A DNA stretch of 63,186 bases, filler included, from Methanobacteriota archaeon (GTDB lineage: Archaea > JACRDV01), in assembly GCA_024860865.1 (NCBI GenBank). It is 10 parts of 10 records of this genome, joined end to end, with 100 filler letters (N's around TTAATTAATTAA, not from the genome) between each part and the next. Parts side by side here need not be neighbours in the genome. Positions count along the whole stretch, not along the records: positions 30,536 to 37,202 come from JACRDV010000143.1; positions 37,303 to 40,349 come from JACRDV010000142.1; positions 40,450 to 45,463 come from JACRDV010000145.1; 7 more parts are not named here. One strand, 5' to 3'. Positions 30,865 through 41,212 of the stretch are shown here, one piece after another. The stretch's first letter is position 1. Every line of letters starts with the position of its first letter. Position numbers and translations under genes: made by a program. The notes beneath the pieces are model-generated. The model searched no databases. It was given only the letters and a program-made list of their open reading frames with translations, and had not been told where the DNA came from.

Positions 30865-32265
30865 TATAATGCCTTTAGGAGTGATCTCAAACTCCCGAAC
30901 TTCTGTATCATAATTGCTGCCTTTCATCTTTGGGATTGCCATTACTCTTTTAATTTTGGACTCGATTTCAGCAAAGCGTAATAGAATAACAGCATCTACA
31001 ATGATAGAAGCTCCAACGTCTGTTGTTCCTATCGGCCCAATGATCTGAGGTGTATCAATTGTGAAAATTGAAGTTATATTATGGCTTTCAAATAACATAC
31101 ATAAAGAATGGATGTAGTCTTTTAATTTATCTGGATCTTGGAGAGCAAGTGGTAAACCTGTTAAGCCATCAATTAATACTCTTTTTATACCAGTAGCTTC
31201 GGCTATTTCTTTTATCTTTAATGCAAGCTCCTCTATACATAAATCAGTTGGAGACGAGTATAATATTTTGAGCAGACCTTTCTTTTCTAACTCCTCAAGA
31301 TTCCAACCGAAACCGCTCACATTTTTTAACAATTTGTTTGGAGTCTCTTCAAAAATAACAATTAAACCGGGTTCATTGTTCATCGCTCCAGTTACTATGA
31401 ACTGCAACCCAAGGACAGTCTTTCCTACTCCAGTCGGACCTGTAACTACCGCAGAATATCCGCTCCAAAATCCACCACCAAGCATTCGGTCAAGTCCCTC
31501 TATTCCAGACTTCACTCTTTTTCTAGGCAGGTCTTTGGTTGGTTCAGCTCTTAATTTTGGAAAGACTTTTATTCCATTATTGGTGATTTTAAAGGGCAGA
31601 ACATCTAAAGGATGTTTTGTTCCGCGCATTTTTACTATGCGCATTTTTCGAACATCGCGAGCATTAGGAGAAAGCTGCAGTTCTAACACTCCATGGGCAA
31701 GGTACTCCTCATGTGTATACTCGCCTATTTTTGATTCACCTATCAAAAGAGTTGTGCACTTAAGATTTGCCAATCCAGCAATTAGTTCATGAATGCTTTG
31801 TCTAATTTTCATTTCTGACTTAGGCAGAAGTTCGAAATAAGTTATTGAGTCAATAACAACTCGCTTTGCATCGATTTGTTCAACATATTTTTTTATTATT
31901 TCAAGCAACATTGTAGCAGAAAACTTAGGACGACCTACTGGAGTAAAAATGGGAAGGATGTACTCATCCCTTCCCTCTTCAACTGAAACTGGAGCAGCAT
32001 TAATGATTTTAATTTTGTTTTCTTTCATTAATTTCTCTAAATTCCAGCCAAATTTTGACATGTTAAGTATGATATCCTCTGGAAATTCTGCTAAAGTCAC
32101 AAGAAGCCCATTTTCTCCGAGCTTTATCCCTTCAACCAAAAATTGCATTCCCAAAGTAGTTTTTCCAGAGCCAGGTGTACCGCTTAGAAGGGTGATTCTG
32201 CCTTTCGGAAAACCCCCTTCCATTAATTCATCTAAGCCAGGTATTCCGCTTGCGACTCTTTCCAT
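30850..32265 (-). CDS. KaiC-like double-domain ATPase
   Basis: Two RecA-type domains: GTPGSGKT and GPTGVGKT, KMRG/KMKG fingers. Confidence 0.92.
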   Translation of the reverse strand: MERVASGIPGLDELMEGGFPKGRITLLSGTPGSGKTTLGMQFLVEGIKLGENGLLVTLAEFPEDIILNMSKFGWNLEKLMKENKIKIINAAPVSVEEGRDEYILPIFTPVGRPKFSATMLLEIIKKYVEQIDAKRVVIDSITYFELLPKSEMKIRQSIHELIAGLANLKCTTLLIGESKIGEYTHEEYLAHGVLELQLSPNARDVRKMRIVKMRGTKHPLDVLPFKITNNGIKVFPKLRAEPTKDLPRKRVKSGIEGLDRMLGGGFWSGYSAVVTGPTGVGKTVLGLQFIVTGAMNNEPGLIVIFEETPNKLLKNVSGFGWNLEELEKKGLLKILYSSPTDLCIEELALKIKEIAEATGIKRVLIDGLTGLPLALQDPDKLKDYIHSLCMLFESHNITSIFTIDTPQIIGPIGTTDVGASIIVDAVILLRFAEIESKIKRVMAIPKMKGSNYDTEVREFEITPKGIIVTSS

Positions 32266-32455
32266 AGTAACCACTAAACAATGCATAAAAGTATACATAG
32301 TTTTTCAATTGAATCTAAAAAGGAAAAGTTTAAAAGAGTAAAGTCTTTAGGGCAAAGAATTTTTTCTTTGCTATAGCTATTTTGTATTTATTTTTTAACC
32401 ATTGTTTTATTATTTTTTGTTTGCTAAAAATAGGCTAGTAAAAGTAAAAAGCATA

Positions 32456-32568
32456 TGCGGGGGCAGGGATTCGAACCCCGGAAAGGCCTACGCCTACAGG
32501 ATTTCTTAGGCGGCTCTTAAGTTTGGCAGAATTATCTCCTGCCCTTTTAACCGCTCAGGCACCCCCGC
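32456..32568 (-). tRNA. tRNA-Leu(UAA) with introns at 30/31 (32523-32537) and 37/38 (32503-32515)
   Basis: Spliced: GCGGGGGTGCCTGAGCGGTTAAAAGGGCAGGACTTAAGATCCTG...GTTCGAATCCCTGCCCCCGCA; BHB helices GGCA/TGCC and CTTA/TAAG. Confidence 0.88.
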
Positions 32569-32664
32569 ACAAAGATATTTTGTTTTCTTAATGTTTAGTT
32601 ATTGCTATTATGATGGTCTATTATGCAAACATTAGATTCTCAGCGGAATCCGATAATTAAGATG

Positions 32665-32784
32665 TGCCTCGGACGGGATTTGAACCCGTGTTCTCGGCTC
32701 GATTGGCCACAGGTTTGGAGACCACCTGTTGAGGCCGAGATCCTTAACCGGGCTAGACTACCTTAGCCAGCTTACGCTTGAGGC
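32665..32784 (-). tRNA. tRNA-Glu(CUC) with introns at 5/6 (32763-32779) and 34/35 (32703-32730); duplicated acceptor strand at 32803-32809
   Basis: Spliced: GCCTCGGTAGTCTAGCCCGGTTAAGGATCTCGGCCTCTCGAGCCGAGAACACGGGTTCAAATCCCGTCCGAGGCA. Confidence 0.85.
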
Positions 32785-33612
32785 AGTATTTAACCTTCAA
32801 ATCCGAGGCATTTAATTTTTAAACCGCTCTAAATATTTGAGCTTTTCACCGAAAAATAGAAAAATGAAAATAGGAACAATAGCACTAGAGCTGATTTAAA
32901 TGTGTAAAACATGTGCAAAACATAACCCAAAGAAAAAGTCCAGAAAAAAATAAAGATTACACTCAGTTGATGCTAAGAGAGGATTATTAGATACAAAGTA
33001 CCTACAGCAAATTGTCTCTATCCCCAGCAGGGACCCATTTAGATTGAAACTAGCGTTTAAGGCTTAAATTGGATTAGAGGTTGAAAAGGGAAAAGGAAAT
33101 CTTGTTTATTTCATTCAGGCTTACTGGGTTTTCGCAAATTTGCTTATACAAAAGCTTGCAATATTAACTCCGAAGAACGCACTAGTAAGTGGATTTCAAA
33201 GTTACAAGAATTTGAGATCTGAGATCAACATTATGCAGTGTTTACTTTTCAATTTTTTTTGTTAAGTAAAACTTTTGGTTATTCCTCACTTGTTTTTTAA
33301 CTAGTCTTGCCCTCAGAAGATTTTTAATTAAAAACTTCTAATTTTATTTTTGAGGTATCTATTTTAAATAATTGCTATAGAGTTAAACTTGAAGGTCTTC
33401 TTTATTGAAGGAATATTAGGTTAGTTTAGAAGAATTAGCAAATTAATTATATTTAAAGCATAAAACTTTAATGTTACAATCTTAGTAAATTATTGCTGAT
33501 CGCTGTCAATACTTGTATATGGTAAAACCCAGAAAAATATATTAGGCCAATAAATTACTGGATGAATTTTGATATAACAGAGTAATTTAATACTATATTT
33601 TGAGGGGCAACT

Positions 33613-34158
33613 TTGAAAGAGATTCGATTTCATGGGCGCGGCGGGCAAGGAGTCGTAACCGCTGCTGAAATTCTAGCTGCTGCAGCTTTTAAAAATGGGA
33701 AGTATGCGCAAGCATTTCCTTATTTTGGACCGGAAAGGCGCGGAGCTCCAACAACTGCTTTTACAAGGATAGATGATAAGCCCATTCGCACCCGTTCTCA
33801 AGTTAAAAAACCAGACTATGTTGTTGTTCAAGATTCTTCTCTTTTTGATGTTGTAGATGTATTAGATGGTTTAAAAAACGATGGTTTAGTTTTAATCAAT
33901 AGTAATAAATCACCTAAAGATTTCAAAGTTAAAAATGCTAAAGTTTATGCTATTGATGCTACTTCACTTGCTGAAAAAATTTTACACGCTCCTTTTGTCA
34001 ATACAATAATACTTGGAGCTCTTGCTGCTGTAACAAATGAGGTAACTCTTGAATCAATTAAAGCCGCAGTAAAAGAAAGGCTCGCGGGCAAAGCTGTTGA
34101 AGGCAACATTAGAGCAGTAGAAGAAGCATATAAATTAATGAAGGGAAGCATTGAATAG
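33613..34158 (+). CDS. porG: pyruvate/ketoisovalerate ferredoxin oxidoreductase gamma subunit
   Basis: EIRFHGRGGQG, FGPERRGAP. Confidence 0.95.
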   Translation: MKEIRFHGRGGQGVVTAAEILAAAAFKNGKYAQAFPYFGPERRGAPTTAFTRIDDKPIRTRSQVKKPDYVVVQDSSLFDVVDVLDGLKNDGLVLINSNKSPKDFKVKNAKVYAIDATSLAEKILHAPFVNTIILGALAAVTNEVTLESIKAAVKERLAGKAVEGNIRAVEEAYKLMKGSIE

Positions 34159-34159
34159 C

Positions 34160-34426
34160 ATGCGCGAGTTAACAATAGGAGCCGTAATCAAAAAGCCAGG
34201 ATCTTCTCGCAGAAATAAAACAGGGACGTGGAGAAATCTAAAGCCAGTTATCGATATTGACAAATGTCTCCAATGTGATAACTGTCAACTTTTTTGTCCA
34301 GAAGGTATTATTAAGAAAGCAAAAAAGGGCATGGAAATCGATTATGATTACTGCAAGGGATGTGGAATCTGTGCAAATGAATGCCCAACCAGAGCAATCC
34401 AAATGGTTAAAGAGGGGATTGATTGA
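34160..34426 (+). CDS. porD: oxidoreductase delta subunit (2x4Fe-4S)
   Basis: KTGTWR, CLQCDNC..FCP, YCKGCGICANECP. Confidence 0.95.
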   Translation: MRELTIGAVIKKPGSSRRNKTGTWRNLKPVIDIDKCLQCDNCQLFCPEGIIKKAKKGMEIDYDYCKGCGICANECPTRAIQMVKEGID

Positions 34427-35595
34427 GCAAAAAAGTCGTAATTCATGGCTCACGGGCAGTAGCAGAAGCGGCAAAACTAGCTAAGGTAAATGTAATTTCC
34501 GCATACCCAATCACACCTCAAACTCACATAGTTGCAGATCTAGCTGAAATGATTGCAAACGGTGAGCTTAAGGCAGAATATATTCGAGCAGAATCAGAAC
34601 ACTCTGCAATCTCAGCTTGCATCGGAGCTTCAGCTGTTGGAGTTAGAACTTTTACTTCTACATCATCTCAAGGGATTGCACTCATGCATGAGGTTTTATT
34701 TATCGCTTCTGGGCTTAGACTTCCGATTGTAATGTCAGTTGCTAATCGTGCCATATCTGCCCCACTTAACATATGGTGTGATCACCAAGATTCTATTTCA
34801 CAACGCGATACTGGCTGGATTCAGTTATACATAGAGGATAACCAAGAAGCGCTTGATACAACTTTACAAGCTTTTAAAATTTCTGAAAATTCAGAAGTAT
34901 TGTTACCAACAATGGTCTGTATGGATGGATTTATTTTAACTCATACTGTTGAACCAGTTGAAATACCAGATCAATCGTTAGCAGACCAATTCTTGCCGAA
35001 GTATAAGGCGCAAATTTCCTTAGACCCAAAAATACCGAGCACATTTGGAGCATATGCTGATCCTGAGTGGTATATGGAATTTAGGTACATGCAGAATGAA
35101 GCAATGGAGCGAGCGAAAAAAGCAATCCTAGATGTGGACAATCAATTCAAAAAAATTTTCAATCGAAGTTATGGCGGATTAATTTCTGAATATAAGTGCA
35201 ATGACGCAGAGGTAATATTTATTGCAATGGGTTCTGTTGTAGGGACGATAAAAGAGGTCATCGATAGATTTAGGGCAAATGGTATTAAAGTCGGTGTTTT
35301 AAAAGTTAGATCATTTAGACCATTTCCAAAAGAAGAAATAAAAAAAGCCGTCTCAAATGCAAAGGTTTTGGCTGTTGTTGAGCGTTCTCTATCTATCGGT
35401 TCTGATAGCCCATTGTATGCGGAAGTTAAAAACACAGTTGGTCCTGAACTTAAAACAATCTGTTTTGTGGCTGGACTTGGTGGAAGAGATATCACTGAAT
35501 TAGATATTGAAGAAATAATTAAGAGAGCATATAATGCGATAAAAACTGGCAAAATTGAACGAGAAGTTGAATGGATTGGATTGAGGTTAAAGTAA
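34423..35595 (+). CDS. porA: oxidoreductase alpha subunit
   Basis: [23 protein letters not shown]. Confidence 0.95.
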   Translation: MSKKVVIHGSRAVAEAAKLAKVNVISAYPITPQTHIVADLAEMIANGELKAEYIRAESEHSAISACIGASAVGVRTFTSTSSQGIALMHEVLFIASGLRLPIVMSVANRAISAPLNIWCDHQDSISQRDTGWIQLYIEDNQEALDTTLQAFKISENSEVLLPTMVCMDGFILTHTVEPVEIPDQSLADQFLPKYKAQISLDPKIPSTFGAYADPEWYMEFRYMQNEAMERAKKAILDVDNQFKKIFNRSYGGLISEYKCNDAEVIFIAMGSVVGTIKEVIDRFRANGIKVGVLKVRSFRPFPKEEIKKAVSNAKVLAVVERSLSIGSDSPLYAEVKNTVGPELKTICFVAGLGGRDITELDIEEIIKRAYNAIKTGKIEREVEWIGLRLK

Positions 35596-37202
35596 TGAAG
35601 CTTGGTTTTGTAGGCACCGGTTGCCAAGTGCAAGGAATTAAAAAATTGCAAGCATGCTCTAAGATGATTGATTTGCTTTCAAGTCAATTTACTTGGCCAG
35701 AACAAATCAAATTTACCATTGGTTTATTCTGTTATGAAAATTTTCCATATGAATACTTAAAATCTTTTCTTGAAAAACGTGGAGTTAAATTGGAAGACAT
35801 AAATAAAATGTATATCAAAGGAAGACACTTCTGGGTTATCCTAAAAAGCGGAAAAACAATTCAGCTTTCCCTTGATGAGTTGAAATCGATTGCTCGCACT
35901 AGCTGTAAATTTTGCCCAGATTTTTCGGCTGAGTTAGCTGATATTTCAATTGGATCAATAGGTTCGCCCTCAGGTTGGTCAACTGTATTAATTCGAAATG
36001 AAGTTGGTGAAAAAATTTTTAATAAGGCTCTAGAGCTAGGCTATATTGAAGCAAACGAAATCACTGATCCAAAATCAAGGCTTAAAGTTGAAAGATTAGC
36101 ATTAAAAAAGAAAAAAGAAAGCATTTCTACAATTAATAAATTCAAGCCTGTATCTGCTAAAAAATTTGAATTACCTCCAAAGGAAAGCCCGTCTAATTTT
36201 GATAAATTAGTTAAATCAGTAGTGGACGCTGATTTATGCACGCTCTGTGGAACATGCATTTCGGCTTGCCCAGCTAATATCATTCGTATGGAAAATGAAA
36301 AATTGAAGTTAATTGGCGAATGCCAAGTTGGATGCAGTGCATGTTTTGTCTCTTGTCCAAGAACTGGGTTGCCGGATGAGCTAAAAATATCCGTTAAAGA
36401 ACCCTTAGGTAGATACATAAAATGTTACTCAGCTAGGGCTAAAGATGAAAAAATCTTGAAACGTAGCCAAGATGGTGGAGTTGCAACAGCAATTTTAGCT
36501 GCTGCACTTGATGCAGAGCTCATTGATGGTGCTGTAGTTAGTTCCACTGAAATAACTGAACCATGGAAACCCTTCCCAAAGATAGCAACTAATTTCGAGG
36601 AATTGTTAGCAGCTGCTGGTTCTCGTTATTCTTTTTCACCAAACGTCTCGTTAGTAAAAGAAGCGAAGCCAAAAATATTTGAAAAGGAGCTATTCGCCCC
36701 GGGACATAGAGCTTGCGCTGGATGTGGAGGAGTTCTCGCGATTCGACATGGATTAAAGGCACTTGGGAAAAATGTTATTGCAGTTAGTCCAACCGGCTGT
36801 ATGGAAGTGGTCTCAAGCCCATATCCTGAAACTGCTTGGGAAGTCCCATGGATTCACGTAGCTTTTGAAAATTCAGCTGCAGTTGCTTCTGGTATCGAAG
36901 CTGCTCTCAAAGTTTTAGGCAAAAAAGAAAATATAAATGTTGTATGTTTTTCTGGAGACGGTGGTACGGTCGATATAGGTTTTCAAGCTCTGTCTGGAGC
37001 TGCAGAGCGGGCTCACAATTTCATTTATGTCTGCTATGATAATGAAGCTTACATGAATACAGGCATTCAAAGAAGTGGAGCAACTCCATATGGGGCCAGA
37101 ACAACGACTTCTCCACCCGGTAAATTCAGCATTGGAAATGAAAGACCTAAAAAAGATATGGTAATGATCATGGCTGCGCATGAAGTGCCTTATGTAGCTA
37201 CA
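35595..37202 (+). CDS. fusion of circularly permuted FrhB/FdhB (F420-binding) module + ferredoxin + PorB-like beta subunit (truncated by contig end)
   Basis: Order: [51 protein letters not shown]; then [29 protein letters not shown]. Confidence 0.9.
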
Positions 37203-37302
37203 NNNNNNNNNNNNNNNNNNNNNNNNNNNNNNNNNNNNNNNNNNNNTTAATTAATTAANNNNNNNNNNNNNNNNNNNNNNNNNNNNNNNNNNNNNNNNNN
37301 NN

Positions 37303-37881
37303 AACCTAAAAGAACTGGAACTAAAAGGCTATATTGATGCCTACATCCCTGATGGTAAATATCAGGCAAATCAGCGCGGCAATCTAACCGATGAAGATTC
37401 TCCTTTTCATAAGAAGCACTTCATCTATAATCCAGAAAAAGACGTATACCTATGTCCTGATCAAAAAGAGCTTATCTTTAGATACAGAAAAACAGATGAT
37501 AGAAAAAGGCGTCTTTCTGTTTACAGCTACCGTGGCTGCCAATCCTGTAAGTACTTCGGCCAATGCACTAAAAGTCCTAACGGCAGAGAAATCAGGGTAT
37601 ATGATAATATAGGATACATCTATAAAATGCGTCAAAAACTAAGTACCGCTTACGGAAGACGAATCTACAATAAGCGTATGTGTATTATCGAACCTGTTTT
37701 TGGCAATATTAAGCACAACTTAAAATTTAGGGAATTCCTCCTGCGTGGCCTAAAGAAAGTCAAAGCTGAATTTATGCTCATTGCCATTGTCCATAACATT
37801 CAAAAAATAGCCAAGTTCTTAAGAAGACTTTTGTTTTTCAAGCTGCCCACGGTAGCATTGGTTCCTTTACCAGCAACATAA
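37303..37881 (+). mobile_element. C-terminal part of an IS1182-like DDE transposase
   Basis: Open from contig start; Y.CP...C..C...C; Y.KR...IEPVFGNIK...FR.F.LRG..KV. Confidence 0.85.
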
Positions 37882-38100
37882 ACGAGGCGGTTCAAGATTT
37901 ACGTGTAAGAAATAAGAAAACATAGAAAGAACAAAAGATTTAGGCATTATCTTAGCCCTAAAAACCATCTTGAAACCTAATTATCGGACAGCCACCTTGG
38001 GGCGCTTCCGTATCTCGCGTGCATCGTTCGGCTTTGCTGGGGCAAAGCCTCACTTGGCGTTCGCTTGGTCGCTCACTTCTTGCTAATGCAATGCGTGTGC

Positions 38101-38300
38101 GGCTCTGCTACGGCTGGCGGCTGACCGCACCCAGCCGCCAGCCGCTTGCGTCCAAAATCAATTTGTTAATAAGAACGGTTTGTCCGCTTTGCCGCTACAA
38201 CACTCTAAAAAATCTATGGTCGCGGCAATGCAGAGCCTATTGCGAACAATGCTTGAGAACAACCTGCTTGGGGCGGGCGTGGTGCGGGCACGCCCGCCCC
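38101..38300. repeat. two GC-rich perfect hairpins
   Basis: CGGCTGGCGGCTG/CAGCCGCCAGCCG (38111-38144) and GGGGCGGGCGTG/CACGCCCGCCCC (38270-38300). Confidence 0.8.
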
Positions 38301-38498
38301 CACGACTACCTTTACGTTTGGCAAATTTTTCCGCCACCAAAAATTTGCCATTTTACATATTTCAAGCACGAAAATTCTTAGAAGCTCGAGAGAAAGATTT
38401 TGGTTTATTTCTAATACATTTATTGTATAATATAACTAAAGAATAAGTGCTATTTGTGGCTGGTGTTATAATACCATATTGATAATTAAAGTCAAGAA

Positions 38499-38708
38499 AT
38501 GTTATCTGTTAATCTGAAAAAACTAAGGAAGCAAAGGAAAATTTCTCAAGATAAGCTTGCCAGACTAGCTGATCTTCCCTACAATACTCTAGTTAAGATC
38601 GAATCGGGGAAGTCAAATAACCCCACATTTGAGACACTATCAAAGCTAGCTGATGTTTTTAATATTTCCATTGATAAATTGACAGGGAGAGAAAGAAACA
38701 ATAAATAG
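38499..38708 (+). CDS. XRE-family HTH regulator
   Basis: LKKLR...SQDKLAR...KIESG...NPTFETL.KLA. Confidence 0.92.
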   Translation: MLSVNLKKLRKQRKISQDKLARLADLPYNTLVKIESGKSNNPTFETLSKLADVFNISIDKLTGRERNNK

Positions 38709-38760
38709 AAATGAAAAAGCAAGAAAAAACTAATAATAATTTACGACTAGATACAAAAAA

Positions 38761-39786
38761 ATGACAACTCTTGTAGCATTATCTACAAAAGATGCACTTG
38801 TGTTAGGTTGTGATAGTTTGGGCTCGAGAACTAGGAGAGTCATCGATCCCGGAGATTTAATTGATTTTTTTAATCTAGATGATAAAGAGTTTCCATTAAA
38901 ATTAGATAAGGATGGAAAACCTCTGTTGAAATCATTCAATGAAGTATACCTAAGGTCAGTTTCCACCCCCGTTGAGCATATGACGCACATGGCAAAGTTA
39001 TTTTTGTTAGAGCCATTAAAAATAGGTATCATGCTTACCGGGATTACTTCTATTGGCGAAAGGACAATAAAAAGCCTAGTTGAGGAATTTAAAACTAAGA
39101 AAATAAAATTGATAAAATCAAAAAGTTATACTGTAAAAGACATAGCCGAGAAAATACTGGAGCATATTTTACTATACTATGAGAAAGAATACCCCGATGA
39201 AAAGTCTAGGCCAGAATTGGAATTAATTCTTGGTGGCTATGGGAAAAAAGAAGTTTTACCTGAGATTTATAGAATCAAGCTTCCAGTCAAAAATATAGAA
39301 CTACAATTAGGAAGTCAGGGAGAGAGCCGTTTCGGTATAGTTTTTGGTGGTCAAATGAAGGAAATACAACGTATCGTGTTCGGTACTGACTATGGCAATA
39401 CACTAGAACTACGAAAAAGACATATTGAGTTATTAAAAAAATATAGAGAAAAAATAATGGAACTCCTGAAAAGTAACAGCATTACTTTTCAGATCCCTGA
39501 GTTTTCGAAAGACGAACTGTCAGAGTTGGATATTTTTACGAAAGATTGGAAATTGGAAGGATTCGAAGCTAACTGGGGAGATTTCTCTGAACAAAATGCT
39601 ATCGAATGTGTTGACTTCTTTGTTAATATCATGATAAAATCTCAACAATTTGGCGGTGGTATGCCTACAGTTGGCGGAGAGGTACATATCGCTCTCATAA
39701 CCAAAGATAAAGCTAGATTTGTTTCAAAAGAAGAATATTACCACTCTGGTCATTTTACGCCTAAGCATATACAAGAAGCCGTATAA
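38761..39786 (+). CDS. hypothetical protein with Ntn-hydrolase/proteasome-beta-like features
   Basis: M-T-T-L-V-A...LVLGCDS N-terminus, LILGGY, C-terminal TVGGEVHIA.I. Confidence 0.6.
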   Translation: MTTLVALSTKDALVLGCDSLGSRTRRVIDPGDLIDFFNLDDKEFPLKLDKDGKPLLKSFNEVYLRSVSTPVEHMTHMAKLFLLEPLKIGIMLTGITSIGERTIKSLVEEFKTKKIKLIKSKSYTVKDIAEKILEHILLYYEKEYPDEKSRPELELILGGYGKKEVLPEIYRIKLPVKNIELQLGSQGESRFGIVFGGQMKEIQRIVFGTDYGNTLELRKRHIELLKKYREKIMELLKSNSITFQIPEFSKDELSELDIFTKDWKLEGFEANWGDFSEQNAIECVDFFVNIMIKSQQFGGGMPTVGGEVHIALITKDKARFVSKEEYYHSGHFTPKHIQEAV

Positions 39787-39821
39787 TTAAATAAAAATTA
39801 TTTTTAATAAAGGAGTTAACA

Positions 39822-40151
39822 ATGATAGGTCCTATTAGTTTTACCGACGCGGATATTGATAAATCAGTTAAAGATAAAGATATCGGAGCGTATATTCTTT
39901 CGAAAGGTAATAACGTAGCCAATTATGTTGGGCGTTCAGACTCAAGTCTTAAGCAACGCTTAAAGCAACATTTGCAGAATGGAATTTATACACAGTTTTG
40001 GTTTGAGACTGTTACTTCTGCGTTGGATGCTTATTATTTGGAGTGTCAATGGTATCACAAATATAGCCCAAAAGATAATGAAAACCATCCTGCAATTCCT
40101 CCTGGATCTGCTTGGAAATGTCCTGTTGCCGGCTGTCCTTATTCAACATAG
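39822..40151 (+). CDS. small GIY-YIG-like nuclease
   Basis: GAYIL...YVGRS...L.QRL.QH...LE; C-terminal H/C cluster. Confidence 0.7.
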   Translation: MIGPISFTDADIDKSVKDKDIGAYILSKGNNVANYVGRSDSSLKQRLKQHLQNGIYTQFWFETVTSALDAYYLECQWYHKYSPKDNENHPAIPPGSAWKCPVAGCPYST

Positions 40152-40186
40152 ATTAGTACATATGGGATAAAAAAAAGGAGCAAATT

Positions 40187-40349
40187 ATGTCAGAAGATAA
40201 ATTACAGACTCATAGAAGTGCAGAGAAAATAGGCAAAGAAAGTAGACAAAGATTTCATGATTGGTTGAATTCTAATTGTCTTAAAGCTGTGTCGCATGAA
40301 GAGGCAAGAAAAATAACTGGGAAGATTAAAAAAGATATTGGCAAAATTG
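40187..40349 (+). CDS. hypothetical protein, truncated by contig end
   Basis: AGGAG RBS, open to the gap. Confidence 0.5.
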
Positions 40350-40497
40350 NNNNNNNNNNNNNNNNNNNNNNNNNNNNNNNNNNNNNNNNNNNNTTAATTA
40401 ATTAANNNNNNNNNNNNNNNNNNNNNNNNNNNNNNNNNNNNNNNNNNNNAAAAGCGAGTCACTCAATTATAATAGCTAAAACATACTAAGGCCCCTA

Positions 40498-40932
40498 GTG
40501 ACCTCCTCCCAACGCTAAAAGCATTGGGCATCCACCACTTCAAGGACTCGCTCCGTCACCGGAGGCGCAGGTCCGCTCTTGCTTACGGATGCTTTCGAGG
40601 TCGCTGCCTTTACTCGGCTATCAACTGCCCTCTTTTCTCCACAGGAGCCCAAAGGGCTAAAGCCTTACCCTGCCCTAACTCGCTTTGCACTTTCACTGCG
40701 GGAGGAGCGGCAGCTTAGGGGCTGGGTCACAAATGACTTGTAGGCTCAAGTCCAGCCCTGCCTTGCAGCATATAGCCGCAGGCCTGGCGGCAAAGCGCAA
40801 AGAAAATTAAGACTTAAAAATATTAAAATTTTTGAAATTTATTTAGATTCGAACAAAAAACAAGTGGAGAGAGGTGACCGAAAGTATCGCAATTCATCTC
40901 TCAGCTAAGCAAAGAGTATTCTTGCAAAATTA
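40498..40932 (-). mobile_element. ORF-less IS200/IS605-derived element, complete copy 2
   Basis: Right end GGATGCCCAATGCTTTTAGCGTTGGGAGGAGGTCAC; left-end hairpin GCAATTCATCTCTCAGCTAAGCAAAGAGTATTCTTGC; near-identical to 54693-55031. Confidence 0.82.
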
Positions 40933-41212
40933 TTTGTAAATTTTAAAATGTTCATAAATGCTTAAAATTACGAAATTATTCTTCCTGATTTCTTGGAAAA
41001 CTTGAAATTGAGATAATATTGTGAAGATAAAATGTTCATAAGATTGGACAGAGTTAAGATGTTTAAGAATGGAAATCCATATTTTAAGTAGAACTATTTT
41101 CTTAAAGAGTAAATACTAAAACAGCAGAAATAATCCTAAAGGAAAAGCCTTATATAATGGAAAATGGACTAAAAGTCTTTTAGACTAATTTTCTTGTTTT
41201 GTCTGAGGTGAC

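Noticed and set aside
30652-30981. ORF-track peptides over the GC-rich elements (also 38019-38446, 40524-40718, 54724-54936, 60596-60802, 62948-63136)
   Set aside because: They overlap structured non-coding repeats or tRNAs and show no protein motifs
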